DNA of 64,000 nucleotides. It comes from the human T2T-CHM13v2.0 reference genome, Homo sapiens. Below the pieces are notes generated by a model. The model was given only the letters and a program-made list of their open reading frames with translations. It was not told where the DNA came from and made no database searches. Positions 1 to 13,308 of this stretch are shown here, one piece after another. The position numbers and the translations under genes were made by a program. Within the stretch, counting starts at the first letter, position 1; every line of letters begins with the position of its first letter. The stretch is from assembly GCF_009914755.1 (NCBI RefSeq), contig NC_060942.1; one strand, given 5' to 3'.

Positions 1-2515
1 ACCTCTTTAAATTGTTGGTGGATCCCAGGCTAAGAAGTCTTGAAGGGCGTACATATACATTTGTATTCATAGTTCTCAAGCCCATACAGGTGGCAGTGCA
101 TCTGAACATTTTGATAATTTTTGTGGAACATAATCTCTGTGTATTCCATCATATACTCTAAAAAATGAATACTATAAGTACATATATATGTATATGACAA
201 TATTATATATACTAAAATGTATGATATCATTTACATTACTAAACAGCAGTGGAATTAAATACAATTGGCTGCCTCAGTTCTTTTATTAATAGTTCTCTGC
301 TACTTTTTTAGGCAGTCGTAAGCCCCAAAATGTTAATTATGTATACATTTCTAGGAGAAAAACCTTAACATTGATAGAGTTTTATTCCTGCATTTAATAT
401 ATGTTGGCTTGCTGGTTTGTTTTCTGATAATTTTTAAAGACTGCCAGTTTTCTGCAGAACACATTGGTCTACTTTGCAGTTGTAGCTTCTGTGAAAACCT
501 GGCTGAGGAACAATGAACAAATATAGAAAGCAGTGAATTCCTAAGGAAGAGCGGAGATGTACATTTGAATATTGAGTAAAATCATATAGAATTTTATTAT
601 TGATCCTTTGTCTTTTGGAGCCTATCCCTACATTTCAGCAATTTCACTTGCATCCTGTGGCTATGTCTGAAGGTGGCTTCCACATATGGGAGTTTGAGAG
701 CCCCTTCACCTTTAAATTAATGTCTCTGCTCACCTGAGGTCTCAAACACACCCCTTTGGGAGCAGCCTGACCAACCCCCAAAGTCATTCAGTCAACAGAT
801 ATTTATTTATGCCTTTTGGGTGCTAGGCACAGGTCCCAGCACAGGGCTGGGTACTGAATACATGGTGAGAACAAAAAAGACCTGGCCCCTGCCCTTGGAG
901 AACTTAGAAACATTTTTAATAGCAAATACGGAAATGTGTATACAATTATATGTATATTATACAATCATAAGCATTACGAAGGAAAATTAAAGTGTATTAG
1001 GAAATAAATCAAAGATGGAATCTTCTCAGAGTGAAATCTCAGAGAAACTTCCCTGAGAAAAATAAATGAATTAGAAATGGGACCCTAATTTGGGTGAACA
1101 TCAGAATTCTGCCTTGTGCAGTGTGAAGATTAGCATAAAATTGCTTCCCCTGTGTGGAAAGGGACTGATGCATAGCAAGCAGTTGATCCTGTTAATCAGC
1201 TAATTTGAAAGTTCTCTGAGTTGGTAGCTTTAGTTGAACATAAATCCTGGCTCAGCGGCTGCAGGTGTGCCTGGACCCCTTCTGGAGCTTCTTTGGACAT
1301 TCTGTCTCCTTCCTTCGGGTAAGTCACTGCAGATTGTCATTGTTCAAGCCATGAACTACCCATGAAAATGACTGGAAAAGCCATGTGTCTCAAATGGAGC
1401 ATTTGAAACTTCCTTAAATGTCAGGAGTTTGAAAATCTTATTTTATATTTTAAAACTTAAGGCCATTCATCTTTGGCAGAATAGGGTGGAGGCAAAGCAC
1501 TGCCTTCTATGTTAAAATGCATTTATGTAGACACTAAAGTTCTTCCAAAGCTTATAGAGCTTAAGAAAAAAATATCATTCTAGTAATGGTGGTAATGAAA
1601 ATTAAAATCTTTCTTCATTTTAAAAAATCGCCATTGAATGGTGTAAAAACTTTACATTTTCTTTATTTTGGAAGTTTTAAAATTGCAGAGTAGTTGAAAG
1701 AACTGTATAGTAAACACTTGCGCAAACTTCATCCAGATTCAGCAATTGTTAATATTTTGTTACATATGGTTTATATCTATTATCTATCTGTCATCTGTCT
1801 CCTGAACAATTTGAATGAAAGTTGCATGCACCATGATACTTTCCCTAAATACCGTAATATGCCTCTCTTGAGAATAAGAACATTTCCTTCATACCACAAT
1901 ACCTTTATTACGCTTGAGAAAATAAGCCTTAATTAAATGTTTCATATAAAATATAGTACATACTTAAATTTTCTATATTGTTTTAAAAACTCCACTTGCA
2001 GTTATTTTGGGAGAATTCGGGATCCAACAAAGATTTTCACATTGCATTTGGTTATATATTTCACTAATCACTTTGACCTGATTCTGTCCCTGACTTTTTG
2101 GTTTTCTTTTGTTTTTCCTGGTCTTGATCTTTTTTGAAACGTTTGGACAGCAGTCTTGTATAAAGCTCCACATCCTAGAGTTATCTGATTGTTGCCTCAT
2201 AGTGAGATTCAGGTTAAACATTTTGGCAAGATGATTACATGGGTGATGTGTCATCCTCAGTGTATTAAATCAGGGACACATGATGTCAGGTCGTCCGTTC
2301 TTGATAGAGCCGTTTGACGACCCAGTGCAGGGATGACTGGCCGATCTTTCTGTTTTAAAAGAAAAATTTTCCCTTTTTCATTAATAAGTAATCCATGGGG
2401 TTTTGAGACAGTGTAGTACTCTCCCCCAACAACATTCCACCTAGTGGTTCTGTCGTCTGTTGATAATCCTTGCCGAAGGAGCAGCAAATCTATTTGGGAT
2501 TAAAAATCATATCTT

Positions 2516-2820
<305 letters not shown>

Positions 2821-3597
2821 ATCCTACCTTAACATTCTATCCCTTCTTCTATTTTATTTAGCTAACATTCTCATAAATTTATAGCTTTTTTCTCTCTCAT
2901 TAATATGTACCTTTTAAATTAATTCAATATATTATGTCTATTAGCTTTTTAATTTTTTTTATCATGCACAAATTGCCCAAATTTGGAAGCCCCTTCAAAG
3001 GACTGTGTTCTTTTGAGGGGTCTCCATCATGCTTTGAGTGCTTCCTTACTCTCTTACCCAACGAGATATCCCAGGCTCATCCTGTCTCATTCTGGAATCA
3101 GCCAGTTCTCTGAGAAGCTCTAGTTCCTTTAAATAGAGAATGGTATCATCTAAAAACAAGATTTGGGGTCCAGAATTGTTCCTTGTTTATTAGAGTCCTC
3201 ATTTCTAAGGCTTTTCTTTGAACAGATATAGGAAATCAACATGCCAGAATAAGATAAGATAGGATAAGATGTGATATATAACACAATATAATATATTAAT
3301 GTATCTACACTATCTACAAATCAAATCCAATCCCACAGGGTTCATTCTCACCTTGCCCCATTTCCTATGTGTATCTCTGTTCCCCCATAGTGAAAAGCCC
3401 TGATTCCTAACATCAGTACATTTACTTGTTTCTTATAATCCATACAAGAAAAGTTTTAGAATCAATGTGGACTCTTTGACAGGTTGGAGAGTGCTTCGGA
3501 AGCAACATTTCATGACTTCGTACTGACCCCTAGTGTTTACTTTTTTGCTTTTGTAGTTTTCAAGGGATTATCCTTAAAGGGGTTGCCTGTTCCGTAT

Positions 3598-3825
3598 CAG
3601 GTTTTCTCAATCTCAGTATGACTGACATTTTGTGCCAATGATTCTTTGTTGTGGTGGGCTGTCCTGTGAACCGAAAGGTATTTGGCAATGCCCATTGTGT
3701 CCATCCACTAGATGAAAACAACACCACTCCCTCCTCTGCCCTTCCAAGCTGGGACCATCAAAAAGGCTTCCAGACATTGCTACCACACCTTGGGGGTCAA
3801 AATCATCCCTGGTTGAGAACCACTG
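3598..3825 (-). mobile_element. MER20 (hAT-Charlie DNA transposon relic)
   Basis: Termini CAGGTTTTCTCAA and GGTTGAGAACCACTG; interior matches the reverse complement of the remembered MER20 consensus. Confidence 0.8.
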
Positions 3826-6800
3826 CTCTACCCAGACATGCAGTAGAGAGAAATGCTATTACAAATACTTTCTAAATGTGAATATTTAAATCTCTGGTAA
3901 AGAAAATTAGTCATTACTGAATTTTTTGTTCAATTAATTTATTGGTGTTTCCCAAGGTGCTCAGGATTATGGAATTTGTTAATGTTGAATTTGGTCATTT
4001 GTTAGGCAGTTTTCAAGCAGAAGAATTTTAAAATAAAAACAATTGTGGATTGTGAATATGCCTTCAAAATACCATTTAATCATCAAGTAGACAAGTGAGC
4101 TAGGAATGGCTCTTTTCTGCTGCACTGTCAATATGATCTATCACTGATTATGTTCCCAGTGAGTGTCAGTTTGGTTAATCTCCAAAAGGCAAGTGTAAAA
4201 ATTTCCTTTTTGGTTTGGAAGCACATCATACTTCATTATATTTTCATTGCACTTTGTTATGGCTATTCTGATATTATGGGAAGGGACCAAACTGCAGGAA
4301 ATATAAATGTGTCATGCTGTAAAGGACAAATTCAGGAGCAACTCACAGAATTGCCTCTTTACTTATCTCCAGAACGGAATAACATCACTTTTCAGAAAGA
4401 CACAAACTACTCACCTGAACCAAAGGAGGTAAATAGGAATTGTGATGCCTACAGTTAACAGATATCAGTAACAAGAAGAAATAATAATTGAAAATAATAA
4501 TCAAAAAAATGATTGAATTGCAGCTGGGCATGAACCACAGCCCACTTTATCCATGCTGTAGCCCCTCAGTGTGTGATGAACACACAAACTCTCCTGTGTA
4601 TTGTGGCAGAAAAAATGACTAAAACAGCTATTTTAGATTTTCCAGTGACTTCCCACACTTAGTTCTAATTTTGAGTTAAAGGCCAAAGTAATGATACCTT
4701 TAAAGAGCTTAAAATAAGTGACTGAATAAAATAGAAGTGAAGAGAGGTGGTATTCAAATTGTTTAATTGAATTGTTTAATTATTTTGCCAGTGGGCGTCA
4801 ATCCATCAGAACGACTCCAGATGCAGCATTGGAGCATGATGGAGGCCCCTTCCTGTGACACACAGTAAAATTACTGGATGGAGAGGTGACTGGGCCTCCC
4901 AAGGAAGGGACAGGGACAGGAGCAGGGGGGGATTTGGAGAATGGTGCATCAGCAATTTACTGGTATGAAAGTATTGTAAGAATTTTGCTTTGAGTCTGCT
5001 GTACTGTACAAACCAGCTGAATTTCAGCTCTGAGTACTTACACAGTAAAAGAAATCCCTCAGCCCAGTCCTAAGAGGGGCATTCAATGAGTCCCAGAGGT
5101 GATAGACAGTTAGAGGTATAATTAATCAGTTATTGACAAATAAATGCCTAAATCTGAATCTTACTCATTTAGGTAGTCATTTCCTAGGTGCTTTGAGATA
5201 TAAGAGTTGTCCCCCAAACCATGTTATCAGGGAAGCTTTATGGCAACCACTGTCCTTGGAGTTATATTTTTGGTCTTTGTTCCTAAATTTTTAGTTAACT
5301 GTGATATCATTTTTGCCTCAGAGAAGATGGAATGAAACTAGCAACACAAATCTCTTTTTTGAGATTTTTAAAAAAGAAATAAAAAAGGAGATCAAGATCA
5401 TTGAGGCCAAGACCCTCAGCTCAGAAGTCAGGATTTTGGAGGCTTGGCTGACTCAGGTAGGAGCTTTTCTTGACTAGAAAATACTGTTTATAGAGTGGCC
5501 AGGGAAGAATTAGACATTATGATCAGATTCCCTGGGCACTGTGATCCTAAATTATGTGGAATATGCATGTCATTTTTACATTCTTGAGGTCCTTACAGAT
5601 TTATAAAGCAAATCAGCAATTCAGCATCCTTCTGGCTTCATGCAGAACAAAGAAGCCGACATCCCGAAGTCCAGGGATGTAGTTCTTGATAAGCCTACCC
5701 TTCGGGTCTATCTGGGTGACACTGGGGTCTCAACTGGTTCCAAATTCCATCTCTTACCTTAGGCTTCCTAACATCTTTAGGATGGAAATCATAGACATTT
5801 CTTGCTATCACTTACACCCACCCCTTTCTCTAAGTAGCCTGAATTAGAGCCATGGATAATCCCTTTCTAGTCTGGGCCAGAAGTTCCCCTCGGGTGTACT
5901 CACACCCTCAAGTCTATTGTCTTATTTTTATATGCTTGCATTCTCTCTCTAAATCATCCTTATACAGTTCTGAGGGCTTCAAAAAAATCTGTACCTATTA
6001 AATTTAACATTTCCAGATTTGGTATATCCTGAATGTGTATTCCAAACTTTTCCTCTTAGATTGTTTTCATTTACAAATTCAAGCAACTTGTCATCACTGT
6101 CTCCAATGCAGTCATTAAATAACATAGCCAGTGACTGTTTGACCCCGAGTGTGATATGAGTAGCCTTTAAAAACCCTGTGACCAATACAAAGATGATATT
6201 TTATGAACTGTTTCTATCTCTTAATGATGCATCATAAATATTTTTGTAAGTAAAACATGTTGGAAATAATTGTGTCAAGAAGTGTAAAGGGGCTTAAAAT
6301 GTTATTCGTTTTTATCACGTCTGAATTTACAACTGAAAACAGCTTTACATGAAATAATCATGCCATTTTACGTTTTTGTTTTATTTATTCATTTTTACTA
6401 GCAAAGACCAAGAAAACAAGCAAAGTATCCAAAACAAAAAGAGGAATATGGGTTAGTGAATTATGATGAATTGACAAGATGGAATATTATCATTCCATGG
6501 AAACGATTTTAGAAGAATTTATATCAATATGGGTAAATGCTTCTTTTCTAAAGTTTAGTGTAAAATTCAGGTTAAGATGTATCATTAGTGCTGTCAAGAT
6601 GATTAGTAGTAAAAGAGATAACATTTTGAAGAGTGACAAAATGTAAACTAGTATGACATTTGGACACTTAGATTTAAGTATAACATATAAGAACAATGAC
6701 AAAATATTATCTCTTCAGTTCCATTGAAAGAAGGTCTTTGGCCAAAAACTTCAACCATGGCTGAAAATTGCTTATATTAATGAACTATACATTTCAGTTA

Positions 6801-7306
6801 GGGCTTAGTCTTGTTAAAATAAAAATGTAATATCTCACAGTGGTGAATTAGGTTTTGGAGGCAACAAGGCTCCACTGACTGGGAACATGAAGACGTTATT
6901 TGCCTCTCTGACAACTGCTTCCTCCCCAGTGAAAGTAGTAGGGCCAGCGTTAGCCTCAGACGGTTGTTGTCAGGATTAGTATGCTGACATGTGTAAGGCA
7001 CCTACTACAAGCCCAGGCATTTAATAGATCCGTAATAAGTTATTGCTCTTTATTAAATTGTTCCAACTTTCACTTCTGGAAGAAAATAACCGGTATAGCT
7101 CAGGGTACCTGGGTTTTGCTACAGTGCTTCTGGCTTAAAATCTGCATAGAACCAGGTTTTCCTGATTTAAGGTCCTTTTCAGACTCCTTGAACAGGTTAT
7201 CTTTCCATAAAATGCTAACTCTCATCATCCTTACTCTAGGGAAATGTGGGGTTTTTTTATGTGGGGATAGGGTCTCATACTAAACCACACTAATTTTTTT
7301 ATGCAA

Positions 7307-7310
<4 letters not shown>

Positions 7311-7340
<30 letters not shown>
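7311..7340. repeat. (CA)15 microsatellite
   Basis: Direct read. Confidence 0.97.
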
Positions 7341-7342
<2 letters not shown>

Positions 7343-8760
7343 GTATTTCCTCCAACATAGTGTAAGGCTACTTTCAAGTGAGCAAGTGTATTTACCAGTT
7401 TCTGGAATTATTTTCCTGGACAAGCCTGACCTCTAGAGGACAGGAGTTGCTTGTTACCCACTGAGAGCCAACATTAGATACCGTTTGTGGAACATTAAGG
7501 TGCCGTGAAGTCAGACAAGTGCTGGGGTTGGCATGATGTGAATATAGGATCTTAATTCTGCACCAACTAGCTTGAGCAAAATTCTTTATCTCCTTGATCT
7601 TAAATGGGTTTTAAAAACTTTATTGAGGTATAAGTTACATCAAATAAACTGCACATATTTATAGTAAGCCATTTTATTAGTTTGACGGTTGTAAACATAG
7701 CAGTACAATCAAGATGCCACACTTCCATCACCTCCTAAAGTTTCCTCATCCCCTTTTGAAGTCCACTCTGCCTCCATCCCCATCCACAGACAACCAATAA
7801 TCAGCTTTCTGTCACTATGCATGAGTTTGTATTTTCTAAAAGTTTTTATGAATGGAATTATGCAGCATCTACTCTGTTGTGTCTGGCTGCTTTTACTCAG
7901 ACTAATAATTTTGAGATTAAATTGTGTGTATCAGTAACTTACTCCTTTTTACTGCTGAGTAGTATTCCACTGTCTGGATACGCCACATTTTGTTTAACTT
8001 GAAAGGGATCATAGTCCTAAATGTAAAAAGTTAGAACTGCTAGCAGAAAATACGGGAGAAAATCTTTGTGAGATCTGGCTGGGCAAGGATTCCTTAAAAT
8101 ATGAATTGCACAGATAATAAATGAAAAAAAGGATAATTGGAGTTTATCAAAAGTAAAAACATTTGCTCTTCCTAGTAAACAAAAAGGTGAATCAGAAATT
8201 GGGAGAAAATATTTGTACACATATAGCAGATAAAGGTCTTATATTCAAAATAATAAACTCAAAGAAAAACATTCAGTTAAAACACATGCAAAATATTCTA
8301 GCAGACACCTTACATAAGAAAATATACAGATGGCCAAAAAGCACATGAAAAGATGGACAACAACATGAGTTATCAGATAAATGCTTAAGGTATTTTTAAA
8401 GTCTCTGAAATCGGGTTATGTCTTACTATTTAGGTGCTTGCAATTGGTGTGCTCCTTTTGATGTAAAGTTAATTTTATTTTTAGAAGCAATATTTATTGG
8501 GTACTAAGGTTTGGGCAATGTTTTAAACACTTTGTATGCATTATGTCACTTAATTCTCACAAAACCTATGAAGGGAGTACTATAATTAAATCCATCTTCA
8601 TGGGTGAGAAAATTGAAGCTCACAGAGTGCTTATAACTTGCCCTAGTCCCACAGCTAACAGATGGCAACACCAGGCCTGGAACCCTCTAGCTACCACTAT
8701 AGCCCATGGGCTTAACTATTATGCTATTTTAAAAATTATTACACTGATGGTGAATGGTCA

Positions 8761-8899
8761 GTGGAGAATGCCTCAGAAAACAGAGCCTTCTCTGGAGTCC
8801 TGATATTAACTTATTTCATTACATTTTGTGGAGAATACCTCAGAAAACAGACCCTTCTCTGGAGTCCTGATATTAACTTATTTCATTACATTTTGTGGA
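8761..8899. repeat. 67-bp tandem duplication (2 copies plus GTGGA)
   Basis: 8761-8827 and 8828-8894 differ at 2 positions. Confidence 0.95.
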
Positions 8900-9175
8900 T
8901 CATTAGATGAATCACTGTAAGGTAAGTGCCTAGTGCCTAGTAGGTATGATCTATTAATGCTACTTCCCTTTCTTCCATCTATTTTGAGGCTTTTGGAAAT
9001 TGCCAAAATAAATGTTTGAAAATTACATGATTCAATCAGTTTAAGCCAGATTTTTATTTATCACTACTATCATTCAACTTTTAACAATCATCTTTTTTTG
9101 TGAAAGAATTTTGAATGATGCAGTATTCTTTATTTTTTAACCTGAAAGCATTTTGAATGCTGCAATATTCTTGAT

Positions 9176-9392
9176 CATGGTTCTCAACTAAGGGTGATTT
9201 TGCCCCTGGGCGACATCTGGCTCTGTGTCTAGAGACATCTTTGATGGTCAGAATTGTAGGGAAGGGCTGCTACTGCCATCCGGTGGTTAGAAGCCAGAGA
9301 TGTGGCTGAACATGCTACAATGTAAAGGACAGCCCCACAACAAATAATTACCCAGCCCAAAATGTCAACAGTGCTGATGTTGAGAAATCCTG
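9176..9392 (+). mobile_element. MER20
   Basis: CATGGTTCTCAAC...GATTTTGCCCC...CAAAATGTCAACAGTGCTGATGTTGAGAAATCCTG. Confidence 0.8.
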
Positions 9393-10594
9393 CTTTACAC
9401 AATATGCGGGACTTAATTATTTATTGACATCAGTTGAGAATACTGAAATGCTGCAGGAAATGAAAGAAGACTTGGTCTCTGATAGCGTATAGTTACCAAG
9501 CCAATGAGGGAAATAAAGAAAATAACACCATGAACTCTACCACTATTATTATAATAAATGTTACAACAGAAAATAATAGAATATTTTAAGGTTTTAAACA
9601 AGGGGACTGTAGTCGGATAACACAATGAAAAAAATCAGAAAATGCTCTTTGAGAATCAAGTATGGAAGTACTGTATTTCCTTAATAAAAATAAAATTCGG
9701 CTTCTTTAGGGTTGATAATAGAAAATAATTCTTGTTTGCCAAACTTCATTTTCCTTTTAATTCTCTGAGGTATGATGAGACAAAATAGAAATTGTTTAAG
9801 GAGACTTAACTAAAGGATGTGGAGTCAACCAAACAGAACAATGTAAAACTGGATGATATCTTACAAAATATGCTTGCACTCTGGGGCTTGAACATGTCCC
9901 ATCCTGATCTCGGGCCCTCCTCCACAGTCAGGGTGACTCTTAATACCTAGTACACACAATCAAAAATCCAGGCATTTAAATGTCTTCAACGCTGGACCTA
10001 GAGAGAAATACAGTTCCCTCCCCCCTCACTCATAGTTACCTCTGAACTGTATTTTCTGTTTTAGCACCTCCTTCACTTTCCAGTGATTGACATGTTCATT
10101 GAAATTGCTTCCCCTCTTACAGTGGTGTGGCCTTAATCTGTGTGCTGAACAGGATAACTCTCTTAGAATGTAATACTAAGCCCCGCACAGTCATGTCCTA
10201 GATTTAGATGTGGATTAGCAGAGACAGTAGACTGTGGCCGCATTGATGGTAAGATTTTAGACATCGTCTAGTCTAGTATAGGAGATTATTCCTATTGACA
10301 GTATATTTAGGTGGAATCCATTTCTAATGCTGTCTTTCAAGAATAATGCAAGGTATGCACTAATCATATATAGATTGTCAGAAACTATTGTATCTAATGG
10401 AGAGAAGCCACTGTTAGCACCAGGGAAGCATCAATAGGAGACAAGGTCAAAGGGTGAGCTAGGAATCCAAAGGTAGGGAAGAATTAGGCAAACGGTTGCT
10501 ATATGTTGATTGTGAGTGATAAAACAGGGCTTGTGCTGGGAGTAATGAGATATTTGATAACATATTTCTTCTTTTTATGAAAACAATAGGTCTT

Positions 10595-10844
10595 GCCCGG
10601 GCACGGTGGCTCACCCATATAATCTCAGCACTTTGGGAGGCCGAGGCGGGCAGATCACCTAAGGTCAGGAGTTTGAGACCAGCCTCACCCACATGGTGAA
10701 ATCCCATCTCTACTAAAAAAAAAAAAAAAAAAAATTAGCCAGATGTGGTGGCAGGCATCTGTAATCCCAGCTACTCAGGAGGCTGAGGCAGGGAGAATCA
10801 CTTGAACTGAGAGGCAGAGGATGCAGTGAGCTGAGATCACACCA
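10595..10844 (+). mobile_element. Alu, 3'-truncated, fused to HERV-K gag
   Basis: Alu body stops at GAGATCACACCA with no 3' end or A-tail. The middle A-tract is expanded to A20 (10715-10734). Confidence 0.9.
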
Positions 10845-10920
10845 GAAAACAGGGAGATCTTGAGGCATAGCAGTTCCCGGTAACTTTAAAACTGATGCTG
10901 GCCAGGAAAGGGACCCAACG
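10841..10920 (+). mobile_element. HERV-K(HML-2) gag fragment near the start of capsid, with an in-frame stop
   Basis: Translates [25 protein letters not shown], matching HML-2 Gag 'RKEGDTEAWQFPVTLEPMPPGEGAQ' with Trp TGG changed to TAG. Confidence 0.75.
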
Positions 10921-11450
10921 GTTTGCACTTGTTTAACCTGCATTTGAGGTTGTAATGTTACAGGCATTTGAACTGCGGGAGGAGGAGTTGATGGCCCTTG
11001 TGGTTTAAGCTCTGATGGCCCTAATAATTCTGGACCTCCTTCCTTTAATTTTGATGATTCAGGATATATTACCTCCTGTAATTGATTGTAGTCAACATTT
11101 TGCGTTGACCGAGCCATTACAGACTCTGCTACATTTTTAAAATGTGAACTTTCCGTTCCTTTCTTGAACTCTGTCCTTGCTTCTTCTTCACAATGTATTA
11201 CACAGCTTTTAGGGGCATCAGAGACTGAAACACTATCTTCTGTTTGAAACGGTTCTAAAGTTGCTTTAATAATGGCCCAATCATTCCATACCGTAAGTGG
11301 GATGATTTTACCTTCCCTATTTGCTTGTTTTAATTCTTTGCCAATTTTTTCCCAATCTTTTCGATCTAAAGTTCCCTGTTCTGGAAACCATGGGCAGAAT
11401 TGTCCTATTGTTTGAAATAGCGTAATTAGATTTTCTGTAGAAGCTGTAAC
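10920..11450 (-). mobile_element. HERV-K(HML-2) gag matrix/p15 fragment, inverted
   Basis: ORF 10713..11582 contains [13 protein letters not shown]...[14 protein letters not shown]...[17 protein letters not shown], diagnostic of HML-2 Gag (approximately residues 28-205). Confidence 0.95.
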
Positions 11451-12437
11451 AGAGATCAGACTGTTACTGTGTCTATGTAGAAAAGGAAGACATAAGAAAC
11501 TCCATTTTGGTCTGTACCCTGAACAATTGTTTTGCCATGAGATGCTGTTAATCTGTAACTTTAGCCCCAACCCTGTGCTCACAGAAACATTTGTTGTATG
11601 AAATCAAGGTTTAAGGGATCTAGGGCTGTGCGGGATGTGCCTTGTTAACAATATGTTTACAGGCAGTATGCTTGGTAAAAGTCATCGCCATTCTCCATTC
11701 TCGATTAACCAGGGGCACAATACACTGTAGAAAGCCGCAAGGACCTCTGCCCAAGCAAGCCTAGGTATTGTCCAAGGTTTCTCCCCACTGAGACAGCCTG
11801 AGATATGGCCTCGTAGGAAGGGAAAGACCTGACCGTCCCCCACCCTGACACCCGTAAAGGGTCTGTACTGAGGAGGATTAGTAGAAGAGGAAGGTCTCCT
11901 GCGGTTGAGATAAGAGGAAGGCCTCTGTCTCCTGCATGCCCCTAGGAACAAAATGTCTCGGTATAAAAGCCGATCATACATTCGTTCTATTCTGAGACAG
12001 AAAAAAAAAACCGCCCTGTGACTAGAGGCAAAATATACTGGCGACAATACTACTCTGTTACTCTTTACTACACTAAAATGTTTAAATAAAGAGAAACATA
12101 AATCTGGCCTACATACACATCCAGACATAGTACCTTCCCTTAAACTTATTTGTAACACAGATTCCTTTACTCACATGTTTTCTTGCTAAACTTCTCCCCA
12201 CTATCACCCTGTTCTCCTGCCACATTCCCCTTACTAAAATAGTAAAAATGATAATCAATAAATACTAAAAAAACTCAGAGACCAGTCCGGTACAAGTCCT
12301 CTGTATACTAAACACCGGTCTCCTAGGCCCACTGTTCTTTCTCTATACTTTGTCTCTGTGTCTTATTTCTTTTCTCAGTCTCTCGTCCCACCAGACAAAA
12401 AATACCCACAGGTGTGGAAAGGCAGGCCACCCTTTCA
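11451..12437 (+). mobile_element. HERV-K(HML-2) LTR, older LTR5A/LTR5B type, missing about the first 16 nt
   Basis: Begins AGAGATCAGACTGTTACTGTGTC. Contains GGAAGGGAAAGACCTGACCGTCCCC, TATAAAA at 11962 and AATAAA at 12257. Ends GGCAGGCCACCCTTTCA. No primer-binding site follows, so this is a 3' LTR. Confidence 0.93.
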
Positions 12438-12993
12438 CAAAATGAAGAAAACCCATACCTAAAAATAAGGGGAAAACTTTAAAATGTTTTTAATTTTTAA
12501 TTTTTTGTGGGTATGTACTAGGTATATATATTTATGGGGACATGAGATATTTTGATAAAGGCATAAATGCATAATAACCACATCAACATAAATGGGTATC
12601 CATCTTTGTGTTGCGAACAATCCAAATATACTCTTTTAGTTATTTTTTAATGTACAATAAATTATTATTGAATGTAGTCACCCTGTTGTGCTATCAAATA
12701 CTAAATCTTATTTATTCTAACTATATTTTTGTACCGATTAACCATCTTTACTCTTCCAACCTCACTAACCTTCCCAGCCTCTGGTAACCATCTTTCTACT
12801 CTCTCCCTCTCTCATGAGTTCAATTGTTTTCATTGTTGGCTCCCACAAATAAATGAGAACATGTAAAGTTTGTCTTTCTGTGTCTGGTTTATTTCACTTA
12901 ACATAATGATCTCCAGTTCCACCCATGTCGTTGCAAATGACAGACTCTCATTTCTTATGACTGAATAGTACTCCATTGTATATATGTACCACA

Positions 12994-13308
12994 TTTTCTT
13001 TTTTCTTTTTTCTTTTTTTTTTTTTTGAGACAGACTCTAGCTCTGATCTTGGCCCAAGAGTCTCCAGCCTGATCTCCACTCACTGCAAGTTCCATCTCCT
13101 GGGCTTAAGTGATCCTCCCACCTCAGCCTCCCTGGTAGCTAAGATTGCAGGCAGACGCCACTATGCCTGGCAAATTTTTGTATTTTTTTGCAGTGACAGA
13201 GTTACGCCACATTGCCCAGGCTAGTCTCAAACACCTGGTTTCAAGTGATCCACCCACCTTGGCCTCCCAAAGTGCTGCAATTACAGGCATGAGCCTATGT
13301 GCCTGGCC
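12994..13308 (-). mobile_element. Alu (old, AluJ-like) inside L1
   Basis: Antisense Alu, divergent; TSD acattttcttt on both sides. Confidence 0.9.

Noticed and set aside
11682-12158. 158-aa minus-strand ORF
   Set aside because: Antisense reading of the HERV-K LTR with no coding signature.
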